Shown here: one piece after another, positions 47,618 through 61,080 of the stretch
Layout of the letters: the number at the start of each line of letters is the position of its first letter
Numbering within the stretch: position 1 is the first letter of the stretch
Assembly (NCBI GenBank): GCA_012960105.1
Contig: DUBV01000045.1
Span: 1,465-65,464 of the forward strand
DNA from: Thiotrichaceae bacterium
Lineage (GTDB): Bacteria; Pseudomonadota; Gammaproteobacteria; Eutrophobiales; Eutrophobiaceae
Direction: 5' to 3'
DNA length: 64,000 bases
Translations under genes and position numbers: made by a program
The notes under the pieces: model-generated
The model's input: only the letters and a program-made list of their open reading frames with translations
Database searches by the model: none
Told to the model about the DNA's origin: nothing

Positions 47618-48361
47618 TTAATTAGAGGTTCCTTCTGTTTTCAGTCCTGAATGTTCAATAAACATTCTCGTCGCGCCAGCGACAGCGACAGGCATAGCCA
47701 AAAAATTAACAACAGGAATCATGGTTAATAACATGACACCTGAACCAAAACCAAAGGCAAGTTGTCGATTTTTAGAGAATTTTTCACGTTGTTGTTTAAA
47801 TAGTATATCGTGATTTCCCATAGGATAATCACCGTATTCCAGCGTTAACATCCAGGCGGTAAACAGGAACCAAATTAATGGTGCGGCTACATGTACCATG
47901 GGAATAATGAATAAAACCAATAACGGTATGGCTCGAATAGCAAAATACAGTAATTTTTGAAACTCAGACTTAATCGAAATAATGATTACTTCTAACAATT
48001 CTTGTTCATTTTCAGGCTGTAACTCTTGACTCGTTATCGTTCTTTCTACCGCAGCAGCAAGAAAACCGTTAAATGGAGCGCCAACGAGGTTAGCTATGAT
48101 AGAAAAACAAAAGAAAACGATAGCTAGGGCTATAATTACGAAAATTGGCCATAGTAACCACGTCAGCCACTCTAACCATTGCCATTGTTCTAATAAGCTA
48201 TTTATCAGATTATTAAGTGAATTTGCACCATAAACGATCGCCCCAGCAAACAAGACTGAATTAATTAACAAGGGGATGATAACATATGAGCGAATTCCGG
48301 GTTTAAGAATTAACTTAAAGCCAGATAACAGATATTTAAAGCCCTGTGTGAATTGTTTCAT
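47618..48361 (-). CDS. cysZ: Sulfate transporter CysZ
   Basis: 247 aa membrane protein. N-terminus GFKYLLSGFKLILKPGIRSYVIIPLLIN is typical of CysZ. Confidence 0.8.
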   Translation of the reverse strand: MKQFTQGFKYLLSGFKLILKPGIRSYVIIPLLINSVLFAGAIVYGANSLNNLINSLLEQWQWLEWLTWLLWPIFVIIALAIVFFCFSIIANLVGAPFNGFLAAAVERTITSQELQPENEQELLEVIIISIKSEFQKLLYFAIRAIPLLVLFIIPMVHVAAPLIWFLFTAWMLTLEYGDYPMGNHDILFKQQREKFSKNRQLAFGFGSGVMLLTMIPVVNFLAMPVAVAGATRMFIEHSGLKTEGTSN

Positions 48362-48371
48362 TGAAACCGTC

Positions 48372-48761
48372 TTATGGCAGTGTAACGACAGGTCTAGCTA
48401 TCCAGCCATCCTTTATATGTTCAGCAACAACGGTAGTGTAAATACCGCCACGGACATTAAAAATTGCCGTTAGACGCATAAATCGAGGTGATGTCGCAGC
48501 GACTAAATCATCCAGAATCTTATTGGTGACGGCTTCATGGAAGGCGCCTTGGTCACGATATGAGCAAACATAGAGCTTGAGTGCCTTAAGTTCGACGCAA
48601 AGTTCATCAGCAACATACTCAATTTCGAGTACGGCGAAGTCCGGTTGACCTGTTTTCGGGCATAAACAGGTAAATTCGGGAACATCAATTCGAATTGTAT
48701 AGTCGCGTTCAGGCGTAGGATTTGGAAATGTTTCAAGTGCTTCAATAACTTGGCTAGGCAT
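48372..48761 (-). CDS. queF: NADPH-dependent 7-cyano-7-deazaguanine reductase (type I QueF)
   Basis: 129 aa; [14 protein letters not shown] catalytic Cys motif. Confidence 0.9.
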   Translation of the reverse strand: MPSQVIEALETFPNPTPERDYTIRIDVPEFTCLCPKTGQPDFAVLEIEYVADELCVELKALKLYVCSYRDQGAFHEAVTNKILDDLVAATSPRFMRLTAIFNVRGGIYTTVVAEHIKDGWIARPVVTLP

Positions 48762-48958
48762 TCATTTTTTCTCTGTTATTTACTACGGAATGTAGGATAA
48801 GATAGAGCATTGATCTCGTTCTCGCAAGAGATATCCCTCATTTTTTTAAATATTAAAATATACTTAAATATCAATAAATTAGTGCAATTAATTAAAGTAA
48901 AATATAGATGTTATTTTCGTTTGGACAGCGCGCTTAATCTCTAGTATTGTAACGCCCC

Positions 48959-51900
48959 ATGCGATTATGTAATATAAAACTTTCCGGCTTTAAAACCTTT
49001 GTAGATCCAACCAACCTTATCATTCCGGGCAACCTTGTTGGTGTTGTTGGGCCGAATGGTTGCGGTAAATCTAACATTATAGATGCCGTCACCTGGGTGA
49101 TGGGTGAAAGCTCGGCAAAACACCTACGTGGCGAGTCATTAACGGATGTTATTTTTAGTGGATCCAGTGCCCGTCAGCCGGTGGGACAAGCTTCCGTTGA
49201 ACTCATTTTCGACAATTTTGATAAAAAATTGGGTGGCGAATATGCCAGTTATGACGAAATTTCTATAAAACGTCAGATTAATCGAGATTCTGTTTCGACT
49301 TATTACTTAAATGGCACCCGCTGTCGTCGTCGGGACATTACTGCGATATTTCTCGGTACCGGTCTCGGACCACGTAGTTATGCGATTATTGAACAAGGCA
49401 TGATCTCAAGATTGATTGAGGCCAAACCAGAAGAATTACGATTCTATATTGAAGAAGCAGCAGGTATTTCAAAATATCGCGAACGTCGTCGAGAAACAGA
49501 AAGCCGCATTAGACGTACAAAAGAAAATATTGAGCGTCTTACAGATATTCGAGAAGAGCTGGAAAAACAATTAAATCATTTACAACGTCAGGCAAAAGCG
49601 GCTGAACGTTATAAAACATTGAAGCAAGAGCAACGTCAGCTTAGTTCTGAATTACTCGCTTTGAACTGGCGCGATTTAAGTAGTGAAATGAGTACTTTAA
49701 AAGAAGGTGCCGGCGAACGAGAAAATGCAGTAGAAGCTGCTATCGCCAAGGTACGTGAAACAGAAGCAGAAACAGAAAAGCATCGAGAAGAATTGAGTGA
49801 AGCGAATAAGCACTTTAACAATATGCAATCTGAGTTGTATAAAATAGGTAGTGACATTTCATCTTACGAACAAAAACTGCATCATACGCGTGAAAAAATT
49901 ACCTCGATAGAATCTGAGCTTGAAAAAAGTCGTCATGTTCATGCGGATACCATTAGACAGCATGAACAAGATAAAGCTGAGTATGAAAAATTACAAACAG
50001 AATTAACTAATCTAGAACCGAAACTTAGTGGTTCAAGAGACGAGAGTAATAAAGCTTATGAATTATTGAACCATGCAGAAGAAGCAATGCAAGGTTGGCA
50101 GTCAGAATGGGATACGTTCAACGAATCTTATTCAGAGTTTACTCGTCAGGGGCAAGTCGATAAAACACGCCTAGAACATCTTGAGTTTGGTTTGGGTGAA
50201 CTTGCTGAACGACGAATTCAATTACAGCAAGAAATTACTAAATTTGAACAGTCTGACATAAATAATACAATTGAAACGTTATCACAATCGTTAAACGATA
50301 AAGAACAACAACAGACTGAACTGGCAAAAGAATATGCCGACAAACAAAATGTAGTTAAAGATTATCGAGAGAAAGTCAGAACTTTATCTGCGCAGCTCAA
50401 TACTGCACGTCAAAACTATCAGAACATGAAAGGGCGTTTGGTTTCGTTAGAAACATTACAACAATCGGTCATAGAAGATAATCAGGAATTAAGTGTCTGG
50501 TTGAAAGAAAACAATCTGGACCAACAACAACGACTTTCCCAGTCTATCAAAGTTAATCCAAAGTGGACGCATGCACTGGAAACCGTCCTTGGCAACCATC
50601 TACATGATGTATGTATAGATGATCTGAATAATTATCTAAGCAAGTTAGAAAGTGCACCGGGTAAGTTTGGTTTAATGAATGCCACTAGTTCTAGTTACTC
50701 ATCTGATACAAAACAGTTTCCTCGTTTAATAGAGAAAATTACTACCGACTTACGTGTCCCTTCGATATTGGAAAATATTTATTTAGCAGATTCAATTGAA
50801 GAAGCAAAGAATATGTTGTCGAATCTATCTTCGGGGCAAAGTGTTGTCATTGAATCGGGCATCTGGCTTAGTCATGATTGGGTTATCGTTAACAACGCTA
50901 GCGATGTGAACGATAGTGTATTAAATCGAGAAGAAGAGATTAGTTCTTTAAAGCTTGATATAGAAAAAAGAGAAAATGAAATTCAATCGGTAGAGTCTGA
51001 ATTAAAATCTACCGAAGATAATCTTGAACAAGTTGAAACCACATTAAATCAACAACAGGCGTTAACAACAGAACAGCAAAAAAGTATTTCTGATGTAAGA
51101 GCAAAACTGGCTTCAACTCAAACTGAGTCAGAACAATTATCAATTCGACATCAAGAGTATGTAGAAGAGTTGTCGATAAATCAGGATACGGCTGAATCAG
51201 ATAAATCAGAAATCGATACGATTAAACAGCGTATTGTTTCTCTTGAAAGTGATAATCAACGTTTTCAACAACAACGAGATGAATTATCTGAAGTGAAGGA
51301 TAAACATCGTGAGTCATTGAACACCGCAAGATCGTCATGGCAAGAAACGCATAATGAAAGTCATGGGATTGCTTTGCAGCTTGAATCTTATAGTTCAAGA
51401 CGTGCGTCGTATGAACAAGCTATTAAACGTAATGACATACAGGTTACACATCTTGCTGGCCGCTTAGCCGAACTTGAAAAAAGTTTAACTGAAAACCAAT
51501 TTCCTATTAAAGAGATTCAGGAAAAGATTGAAGCTTGCTTGAAAGATAAAGTACATGCAGAAAAGAATCTGGGTGATGCGCGTACGAACGTACAAAAAAT
51601 TGAAGTAAGCATGAGAGATCTTGAGCAAGGTCGACATAAGTTTGAGCAACAGCTGGAAACATTACGCGCTGAATTAGAAAAAGCACGCTTAGGCGTTAAT
51701 AGTTGTCAGGTACGACTTGAAACCGTAGAACAACAATTGTCTGCGGAGCAGCAAAATGTGAAAGAATTGCTCGAAGCACTGGAAGAGGGTGCAAATCAAG
51801 AAGACTGGACGACGCAGCTAGAATCTCTAGAACGTAAAATAACCCGACTCGGTCCAATCAACCTTGCTGCAATTGATGAATATACGCAGAATGCAGAACG

Positions 51901-52465
51901 TAAGACTTATCTCGACAGTCAGGATAAAGATTTAACAGATGCATTAACCACGCTTGAAAATGCGATCAGTAAAATTGATAAAGAAACACGCACGCGTTTT
52001 AAAGAAACATTCGATAAGATTAATACCCATATCAAAGATATGTTTCCAAAGTTATTTGGCGGCGGACATGCTTATCTTGAATTAATCGGAGATGATTTAT
52101 TGAATACCGGTGTCGCTATTATGGCGCGTCCACCTGGTAAGAAAAATAGTAGTATCCATTTGTTGTCAGGCGGTGAAAAAGCATTAACCGCTGTAGCTTT
52201 GGTCTTTTCAATATTTAAATTGAATCCAGCGCCTTTCTGTATTTTAGACGAAGTTGATGCGCCTCTAGATGACACCAATGTTGGCCGCTTTAGCGAGTTG
52301 GTTAAATCTATGTCGGAAGAAGTCCAGTTTATCTTTATTACGCATAACAAAATAACCATGGAAATTGCGAATCAACTCTTGGGCGTAACAATGCATGAGC
52401 CTGGAGTATCGCGTCTAGTGTCTGTAGATATGGATGAAGCTGTTGAAATGGCAGTTTCAGCCTAA
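48959..52465 (+). CDS. smc: Chromosome segregation protein SMC
   Basis: 1168 aa; Walker A GPNGCGKSN, long coiled coils with a hinge, C-terminal LSGGEKALTAVAL and ILDEVDAPLDD. Confidence 0.95.
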   Translation: MRLCNIKLSGFKTFVDPTNLIIPGNLVGVVGPNGCGKSNIIDAVTWVMGESSAKHLRGESLTDVIFSGSSARQPVGQASVELIFDNFDKKLGGEYASYDEISIKRQINRDSVSTYYLNGTRCRRRDITAIFLGTGLGPRSYAIIEQGMISRLIEAKPEELRFYIEEAAGISKYRERRRETESRIRRTKENIERLTDIREELEKQLNHLQRQAKAAERYKTLKQEQRQLSSELLALNWRDLSSEMSTLKEGAGERENAVEAAIAKVRETEAETEKHREELSEANKHFNNMQSELYKIGSDISSYEQKLHHTREKITSIESELEKSRHVHADTIRQHEQDKAEYEKLQTELTNLEPKLSGSRDESNKAYELLNHAEEAMQGWQSEWDTFNESYSEFTRQGQVDKTRLEHLEFGLGELAERRIQLQQEITKFEQSDINNTIETLSQSLNDKEQQQTELAKEYADKQNVVKDYREKVRTLSAQLNTARQNYQNMKGRLVSLETLQQSVIEDNQELSVWLKENNLDQQQRLSQSIKVNPKWTHALETVLGNHLHDVCIDDLNNYLSKLESAPGKFGLMNATSSSYSSDTKQFPRLIEKITTDLRVPSILENIYLADSIEEAKNMLSNLSSGQSVVIESGIWLSHDWVIVNNASDVNDSVLNREEEISSLKLDIEKRENEIQSVESELKSTEDNLEQVETTLNQQQALTTEQQKSISDVRAKLASTQTESEQLSIRHQEYVEELSINQDTAESDKSEIDTIKQRIVSLESDNQRFQQQRDELSEVKDKHRESLNTARSSWQETHNESHGIALQLESYSSRRASYEQAIKRNDIQVTHLAGRLAELEKSLTENQFPIKEIQEKIEACLKDKVHAEKNLGDARTNVQKIEVSMRDLEQGRHKFEQQLETLRAELEKARLGVNSCQVRLETVEQQLSAEQQNVKELLEALEEGANQEDWTTQLESLERKITRLGPINLAAIDEYTQNAERKTYLDSQDKDLTDALTTLENAISKIDKETRTRFKETFDKINTHIKDMFPKLFGGGHAYLELIGDDLLNTGVAIMARPPGKKNSSIHLLSGGEKALTAVALVFSIFKLNPAPFCILDEVDAPLDDTNVGRFSELVKSMSEEVQFIFITHNKITMEIANQLLGVTMHEPGVSRLVSVDMDEAVEMAVSA

Positions 52466-52544
52466 TATATATTTCAGGCTTTGTATGTCTGTTATAAGGT
52501 TGTTATTCTATTACTTAATATAAATACTGCGAGCGACAAGCATC

Positions 52545-53510
52545 ATGGATAACTTGCGCCTTATCTTATTAATTATTGGATGCCTTATCGTCACAGGCAT
52601 TTATTTATGGGAAGTATTTTATAATGCCGCGCCAAAAAGAAAGGCTGATATTCTAAATGCAGTCGATGAATCTCCAGACCTTCCTCTGTACCCAAACAAT
52701 AACAGCGACGTAAACATTGATGATCATTCGGCTGATGCTTTGGCTGATATTGGTAGTTTATTATCGCAATCTCAAAGTCAGGCCGCAAACATTGACGATA
52801 CTCTTGAACCCTTTAATATTTCAGGTAAAAGGACTAGTTCTAAACCTTACATTGATGAGCCTGATGAAGATTTACCGCTAGACATGAGCGTTAATGATTA
52901 CGAAGCGAGTTTATCAGAATCTGAAAACTATGAGCCTGATTATAATGATCCCGGTATCTTTGCCGCGATAGAAGAAGAACTTTATGGGAAACAAGAATCA
53001 GAACTAGAGACAGAGGTTGATTCTTCTCCTGATGAGCCTGAAGTAAAACTGGAATTAGAAGAAATAGAAGCTGAAATACCGGAAGGCAATCAGACGAATC
53101 AAGATATATTAGTTATGTATATTACCAGTCCATCACATATTTCGTTTAATGGTCTGTCTATTAGTAAAGCTGCGGATGAAGTCGGTATGATCTATGGCCA
53201 CATGAATATCTTTCATCATTTCGGTCCCGGCAAACTACATTCAGGACAACCCTTGTTTAGTCTTGCAAATATGCATGAACCTGGTTCATTTGATCTAGGT
53301 CGCATGTCCGATTTAAAGACTAAAGGTCTGGCTATGTTTATGTATTCTCCCGCTTCAATTGATGCCAGCGTTGTCTTTGAATTATTTTTGAACACGACGC
53401 AACGCTTGGCAGAACTTCTTGGTGGCGTAGTCCGAACATCAGATAATGAATTATTAAATAATAAGGCAATTAACTCTCTTCGAGAAAAAGCTGAATCTCT
53501 TTCAGTTTAA
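52545..53510 (+). CDS. zipA: Cell division protein ZipA
   Basis: N-terminal TM helix, acidic P/E-rich linker, C-terminal FtsZ-binding domain (FSLANMHEPGSF). smc-zipA-ligA synteny. Confidence 0.85.
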   Translation: MDNLRLILLIIGCLIVTGIYLWEVFYNAAPKRKADILNAVDESPDLPLYPNNNSDVNIDDHSADALADIGSLLSQSQSQAANIDDTLEPFNISGKRTSSKPYIDEPDEDLPLDMSVNDYEASLSESENYEPDYNDPGIFAAIEEELYGKQESELETEVDSSPDEPEVKLELEEIEAEIPEGNQTNQDILVMYITSPSHISFNGLSISKAADEVGMIYGHMNIFHHFGPGKLHSGQPLFSLANMHEPGSFDLGRMSDLKTKGLAMFMYSPASIDASVVFELFLNTTQRLAELLGGVVRTSDNELLNNKAINSLREKAESLSV

Positions 53511-53529
53511 TAAAAAATAGAATCTATAA

Positions 53530-55536
<2,007 letters not shown>

Positions 55537-55783
55537 TGACGTTATGAACGATATTATTTTTACTCAAGAAGAACTTTCTAAGTTTAATCAGATTCGAGAG
55601 CCTTCTTCTTTTCATGAAAGTAAATGGGAAAATTAAATAAGAAAAATTCATATAGTTTGAAAAGATGTTTTAAGTAAATGTGGTTTTAAACCCCGTCGTA
55701 TCATGCTGAGTAAGTGATTAGTTATAGGGGCAATTGTACAGGAGCACACCCGTACATAACAGATTACTTGCGAAGGAAGCCAT

Positions 55784-55815
55784 AGGCCATGATATTTAGG
55801 GTGGCCTTTTTCTTC
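55784..55815 (+). terminator. Rho-independent terminator about 250 nt downstream of ligA
   Basis: aggcca(55784..55789)/tggcct(55802..55807) stem followed by ttttcttcgtt. Confidence 0.55.
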
Positions 55816-55958
55816 GTTAGTTCTTTTTGGTCACACAATGAAAAGTTTTGTACATGGATGTACTTATACTGCGATCGTATGGATGCGAAAAAGCAGTAGA
55901 CTCGTCAACAGACGAAATTTGAAGTTAAAAGGGAAGAATAAACTAGTACGAAAAGGAT

Positions 55959-56894
55959 CTAACTTTTACTTTCCGCAACAACCTGATTACGACCATTCTC
56001 TTTAGCTTTATAAAGTAACTTATCAGCACGTTCAACTAATGTGAATCGGTCATCACCTTCTCTGAAATGGGACAAACCAATTGAGACTGAAATATTAAGT
56101 TTTACATTGTTGTAATCAAACTTCATATTTTCAATATTCTTTCTCATACGTTCAGCTAATAATATTGCACCGGCAAGTTCTGTGTTTCTGAGTAAGATAA
56201 CAAATTCTTCACCGCCATATCGAAAGACGATATCACTACTACGCATGCATTCCATTATACAGTCGGCAAAACTTTTCAATACGGCATCACCAACGATATG
56301 ACCGTAGTTATCATTAATTTGTTTGAATCGATCTAGATCCAGCATCATTAATGAAAGCGAATGACCATGACGTGTTGCTAAATCAACTTCCTGTTCAATT
56401 GATTTATCAAAAGCAGCTCGGTTATTTAACCCTGTTAAAGGATCGTTATAGGCTTTTTCTACCGCTTGTTTATAAAGTAGGGCATTTCTTAATGGATAGA
56501 TTAATGCTGAGATCAAACTTTCTATTTTTTCTATTTCAACATCAACAAATTTGGTGTTTCTGGAAATGGTTAATGCGCCCATGTTCTTTCCAAATAGAAC
56601 CAGACTGTAACTAGAACTGTGTCGACCCGTTTTGCCAAGATCAAACTTGATATTTTCTTCCGGATTTTCGTAACAGAGATGATCATGTGGAACAACAGCA
56701 GACATTTCATCATCAAACAGCTCAATTAGTTTTTCTAACTCGAGCGTGCTTTGCAATACACCCATGACGTGAATGGACATATTGGTCACATCAGTCATGT
56801 TTTCTGGATAGGAAATCATCAAGCGTGAGCTTTGTACGCCTGGTGAGTTACTAATGTCTGTAATATTTGCCATAGGCTCAGTAGATGTTGTCAT
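55959..56894 (-). CDS. Diguanylate cyclase (GGDEF) with an N-terminal sensory domain
   Basis: RYGGEEFVILL active site with an RSSD I-site five residues upstream. Confidence 0.85.
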   Translation of the reverse strand: MTTSTEPMANITDISNSPGVQSSRLMISYPENMTDVTNMSIHVMGVLQSTLELEKLIELFDDEMSAVVPHDHLCYENPEENIKFDLGKTGRHSSSYSLVLFGKNMGALTISRNTKFVDVEIEKIESLISALIYPLRNALLYKQAVEKAYNDPLTGLNNRAAFDKSIEQEVDLATRHGHSLSLMMLDLDRFKQINDNYGHIVGDAVLKSFADCIMECMRSSDIVFRYGGEEFVILLRNTELAGAILLAERMRKNIENMKFDYNNVKLNISVSIGLSHFREGDDRFTLVERADKLLYKAKENGRNQVVAESKS

Positions 56895-57045
56895 ATATCT
56901 ATTTCAATAGTTTAGTTGATATTTCAAACGCAAAAGAAATGCCAAGGCTTGAATAACTAATTCTTTAAGTCTTCAGAAGATATATAGGTGATATTTTCTA
57001 AATTATCAAGAATATATTATAAATTATTGTAATATATCATATTAT

Positions 57046-58677
57046 TTATGCAGCAACATGTCCGTTTTCTGATAATTGTGGGTTAATGACAGTGTTTATG
57101 GCTTTGTCTGTCGTATCGGCAACAGGATAGTCAACGGTATAATGAAGACCGCGGCTTTCCTTTCTTTTAAGTGCAGATTCGACGATTAATTCAGCAACGA
57201 CTAGCAAGTTTCTAAGCTCAATAAGATCTTTGCTAATTCTAAAATTCCCATAATATTCAGTCACTTCCGAACGAAGTAGCTTGATTCTATGTTGCGCCCG
57301 CTGCAGTCGTTTGGTAGTTCTAACGATACCGACGTAATCCCACATAAAGCGCCGTATTTCGTCCCAATTATGACTAACAACGACTTCCTCATCTGAATCA
57401 GTCACTCGGCTTTCATCCCACTCAGGAAGTTGTCCTGGCATCTTCGTAGCGGATAAGGTTTGCCGGATATCTTTAAAAGCGGCATGTGCGAAGACGACGC
57501 ATTCTAGTAATGAGTTGCTTGCCATACGATTTGCACCATGTAATCCGGAACAACTGACTTCACCAATAGCATATAAGCCTGGGATATCGGTTTGACCATT
57601 CTGGTCGACCATAACGCCACCACAGGTGTAATGAGCAGCAGGAACGACGGGTATAGGTTCTGAAGACATATCGATGCCTAAATCCAGACAGCGCTGATTT
57701 ATAGTAGGGAAGTGTTGTTTTATAAATTCTTTCGATTTATGCGAAATATCCAGATAGACACAATCATGTCCTAAACGCTTCATTTCATAATCTATAGCAC
57801 GTGCAACAACATCTCTGGAAGCTAATTCTTCACGCGAGTCATAACGGTGCATAAAGCTTTCACCGTTTGCCAGAATTAATTTTGCACCTTCACCTCTTAA
57901 TGCTTCAGAGATAAGGAATGATTTCGCCATCGGATGATATAGGCAGGTCGGATGAAACTGAATAAACTCCATATTGGCAATACGACATCCAGCTCGATGA
58001 GCCATAGCAATACCATCACCAGTGCAACTATCTGGGTTACTGGTATAAAGATAAACTTTACCCGCGCCGCCAGTTGCCAGAATGACATTGCGTGCACTAA
58101 AAACATTAACCTTATTATTAATAACATCGAGCACATAGGCGCCAAGACAGCGGTTGTCTGGTTTGGCTAATTTTTGGATGGTAATCAAGTCTACTGCAAT
58201 ATGATGTTCATATAGATTGATATTGGGATGTGCTCTCACTAGGGATTCAAGCGTTGTTTCTATGGCTTTACCGGTCGCATCTGCCGCATGAATAATACGT
58301 CTATGACTATGGCCGCCTTCTTTATGCAGATGAAAAGGTGAATTTGAACCGGATTCTTCATCGGTACGAGTAAAATCAACACCTTGATCAACTAACCATT
58401 GAACACTTTTATGTGCACTTTCAACAACAAAGCGAACAATGTCGGGATCACATAGTCCAACACCTGTGGCCAACGTGTCTTCAAAATGAGACTCAGTAGA
58501 GTCGTGTTCGTCTAGCACGGCGGAAAAACCACCTTGAGCATGCAGGGTAGCACCCCCAATAAGTGCTTCTTTAGATAGAACGGCGACATTAGCATGATCA
58601 GCGAGCTTTATAGCTAGACTAAGTCCAGCTGCACCGCTGCCAATAATTAATACATCATGTTGTTGTTGGTCAGGCAT
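57046..58677 (-). CDS. nadB: L-aspartate oxidase
   Basis: 543 aa; [16 protein letters not shown] motif; conserved position divergent from rpoE. Confidence 0.9.
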   Translation of the reverse strand: MPDQQQHDVLIIGSGAAGLSLAIKLADHANVAVLSKEALIGGATLHAQGGFSAVLDEHDSTESHFEDTLATGVGLCDPDIVRFVVESAHKSVQWLVDQGVDFTRTDEESGSNSPFHLHKEGGHSHRRIIHAADATGKAIETTLESLVRAHPNINLYEHHIAVDLITIQKLAKPDNRCLGAYVLDVINNKVNVFSARNVILATGGAGKVYLYTSNPDSCTGDGIAMAHRAGCRIANMEFIQFHPTCLYHPMAKSFLISEALRGEGAKLILANGESFMHRYDSREELASRDVVARAIDYEMKRLGHDCVYLDISHKSKEFIKQHFPTINQRCLDLGIDMSSEPIPVVPAAHYTCGGVMVDQNGQTDIPGLYAIGEVSCSGLHGANRMASNSLLECVVFAHAAFKDIRQTLSATKMPGQLPEWDESRVTDSDEEVVVSHNWDEIRRFMWDYVGIVRTTKRLQRAQHRIKLLRSEVTEYYGNFRISKDLIELRNLLVVAELIVESALKRKESRGLHYTVDYPVADTTDKAINTVINPQLSENGHVAA

Positions 58678-58794
58678 GTTGCTTAAGGTAATATAACTTT
58701 TTTTAATAATAAGTCTTTGATTGTAGGATATTAAACTATTTCATATAGTTTCTACATTAGTAATAAATAAAATAATAGCACGGGGAAAGTTCAG

Positions 58795-59373
58795 ATGGCC
58801 GATAAGGTTACTGACAAAGAATTAATAGAACGAGTTAAAAATGGCGAGAAAGCGGCTTATGATCTGCTTGTGCTGAAATATCAACAGCGAATTATTATCC
58901 TGGTTTCGCGTTTTGTAAGGAACCAAAGTGATGCTTTGGATGTCACACAAGAAGCCTTTATAAAAGCATACCGCGCGTTGCCGAATTTTCGTGGTGATAG
59001 CGCTTTTTATACATGGTTGTACCGAATTGCTGTTAATACGGCGAAGAATCATCTCGCTGTGCAAGCTCGCAGACCATCAGGCAATAATTATGATGTCTCC
59101 GAAATTGAACAAATTGAAGGTGCGGATGCTCTAAAAGAACAGGCAACACCGGAAAGTTTATTGCTTAAAGACGAATTGCAAGCAACCGTCTTGAAAGCAA
59201 TAGAAGATTTACCTGAAGATTTAAAAACGGCAATTATGCTGCGAGAAATTGAAGGGTTAAGTTATGAAGAAATAGCGAGTGTAATGGAATGTCCTATAGG
59301 TACGGTAAGATCGAGGATATTTAGAGCACGTGAAGCTATTGATCATGAAATGAAACCGTTATTGGAAAATTAA
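58795..59373 (+). CDS. rpoE: ECF sigma factor sigma-E (RpoE/AlgU)
   Basis: 192 aa; LVLKYQQRI..., FRGDSAFYTWLYRIAVNTAKN, GLSYEEIASVMECPIGTVRSRIFRAREA. Confidence 0.95.
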   Translation: MADKVTDKELIERVKNGEKAAYDLLVLKYQQRIIILVSRFVRNQSDALDVTQEAFIKAYRALPNFRGDSAFYTWLYRIAVNTAKNHLAVQARRPSGNNYDVSEIEQIEGADALKEQATPESLLLKDELQATVLKAIEDLPEDLKTAIMLREIEGLSYEEIASVMECPIGTVRSRIFRAREAIDHEMKPLLEN

Positions 59374-59388
59374 GATAGGCCAAATATT

Positions 59389-59955
59389 ATGAACGAATCT
59401 AATAAAGAACAGCTTTCAGCATTCATCGATGGTGAATTAGAAAGTGATCATGTTTTAGATAAGCTAATTAATGAACAGGAGATGAAAGATACTTGGTCAC
59501 GTTATCATCTTATTGGTGATGCGTTACGCGATAATCTTCCAGAAAGTATTTCCAATCAGGTCTCGATACAAGTAGCGAAAGCACTCCGTGACGAACCGAC
59601 CATTCTTGCTCCAGCTAAAAAGCGATTTAATATTAAACCAATAGCCGGTTTTGCTATTGCCGCATCTGTTGCAATGATGGCAGTGTTCAGTATTCAAAGC
59701 GGCAATGAAATTAATTCACCTACTAACGGTGCGGCAAGTATTGCTGCGACCACAGTCTCTCAACCACAGACATTTGATTTTACTACCGCTCAAGTTTTAC
59801 CTGCGGCAGTAAAACAATCAGACACACCTATTCCATTATCTAAACAACGGCTTAATAATTATTTAATGAATCATAATGAGTATCGAAGTAATGGTAGTGT
59901 GAATGCTATTTTGCCTTATGTCAGAATCGTTACGATTGAGTCCCAAGAGCGATAA
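59389..59955 (+). CDS. rseA: Anti-sigma-E factor RseA/MucA
   Basis: LSAFIDGEL...WSRYHLIGDALR N-terminal domain and a central TM helix. Confidence 0.85.
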   Translation: MNESNKEQLSAFIDGELESDHVLDKLINEQEMKDTWSRYHLIGDALRDNLPESISNQVSIQVAKALRDEPTILAPAKKRFNIKPIAGFAIAASVAMMAVFSIQSGNEINSPTNGAASIAATTVSQPQTFDFTTAQVLPAAVKQSDTPIPLSKQRLNNYLMNHNEYRSNGSVNAILPYVRIVTIESQER

Positions 59956-60038
59956 GCTAAAAGCGATATGTTAGGAATGATAGTAGAAGAAGAATGTTTC
60001 AGGGAAAATAATTAAAAAAATATTATTAGGATAGTTAA

Positions 60039-61013
60039 TTGAAGCTTAATTTATTATTTGTTTCTAGTGTGTTTTTTTTGGGAAGCATAAGTTTTTCTTA
60101 TGCCGACAATAACTCACCAGATCCACAAGTTTTAATTGATGAAATGTCAAAAGCCAGTCGTGATTTAAATTACGATGGCATTTTTGTTTATCACCTAGGT
60201 AAACAAATCGATACGATGAGAATCATTCATAAGTCAGATGAAGATGGTATTTATGAACGTCTGGTTTCGTTAACGGGGAATGCAAGAGAAGTCATTCGTG
60301 ACAAAGATCAAGTAAAATGTTTCTTCCCTGAAGATAAAACAGTTATTGTTGATAAAAGCAGGTTGGGGAAATTAATTTCAACTTATTTACCTAGCCCCAT
60401 CAGATCTGTTTCTGAGTTTTATAGTTTCGAGCTTGAAGGAGAAGATCGCATTGCTGGCATGGACTCATGGATTGTTAATATCAGACCAAAGGATAAATAT
60501 CGATACGGCTATCAACTTTGGATTGAAAAAAAATCTCGTCTGTTACTAAAGTCAGAGCTTAAAAATCAATTGGGCGTAACACTAGAGCAAATTATGTTTA
60601 CACAACTAGAAGTGCTTGATGACATTGATGATGCTTTGTTACAACCTTCAATGTCGACCAAAGATTTTATCTGGCATAACAATGTTAAGAGTGTAAGTTT
60701 TAAAATAAAAGATAAAAAACAATGGAAAGTATCAGCTATGCCTACGGGCTTTACCATGAGTGGACAAGAAAAAGAAACGATGACAGGAAGTCAAGTGCCG
60801 GTAGAGCATCTAGTTTATACAGATGGTCTTGCCATGGTGTCAGTTTATGTTGAAAAAACTAACCAGCAAGCTAAGGTGAAAACAGGTTCATCTAGTTTTG
60901 GCGGAGTAAATACCTATTCAAAACAGGTTGATGGTTATCAAATCACTGCTGTAGGCGAAGTGCCTAAAGCCACAGTAAAACTAATTGCTGATTCAGCAAA
61001 GTCATTTCATTAA
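60039..61013 (+). CDS. rseB: Sigma-E regulatory protein RseB/MucB
   Basis: Signal peptide; YDGIFVY...MRIIH family blocks; TTG start with AGGA 8 nt upstream. Confidence 0.85.
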   Translation: MKLNLLFVSSVFFLGSISFSYADNNSPDPQVLIDEMSKASRDLNYDGIFVYHLGKQIDTMRIIHKSDEDGIYERLVSLTGNAREVIRDKDQVKCFFPEDKTVIVDKSRLGKLISTYLPSPIRSVSEFYSFELEGEDRIAGMDSWIVNIRPKDKYRYGYQLWIEKKSRLLLKSELKNQLGVTLEQIMFTQLEVLDDIDDALLQPSMSTKDFIWHNNVKSVSFKIKDKKQWKVSAMPTGFTMSGQEKETMTGSQVPVEHLVYTDGLAMVSVYVEKTNQQAKVKTGSSSFGGVNTYSKQVDGYQITAVGEVPKATVKLIADSAKSFH

Positions 61014-61080
61014 GCCCTCTTTATGTTATCTTTTAGATAACACTCAGTATTAGAATATTAGTTAAGGAATATATATCCAA

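Noticed and set aside
48762-48958. Looked for a preQ1 riboswitch upstream of queF and for promoter structure between queF and smc.
   Set aside because: No preQ1-I/II core sequence is recognisable on the minus strand. The only features are a small hairpin (atctc/gagat) and the 11-nt match to the IS end noted elsewhere.
55546-55638. 30-codon ORF MNDIIFTQEELSKFNQIREPSSFHESKWEN right after ligA, reminiscent of the start of cytochrome b5-like heme/steroid-binding proteins.
   Set aside because: Only about 15 residues of vague resemblance, which is too short to support either a gene or a pseudogene call.
58695-58720. Possible sigma-E autoregulatory promoter upstream of rpoE (AACTT ... TCTTTGA).
   Set aside because: The spacer between the two elements is 14 nt, not the ~16 nt of the consensus, and the -35 lacks the GG. 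This is too weak to call.
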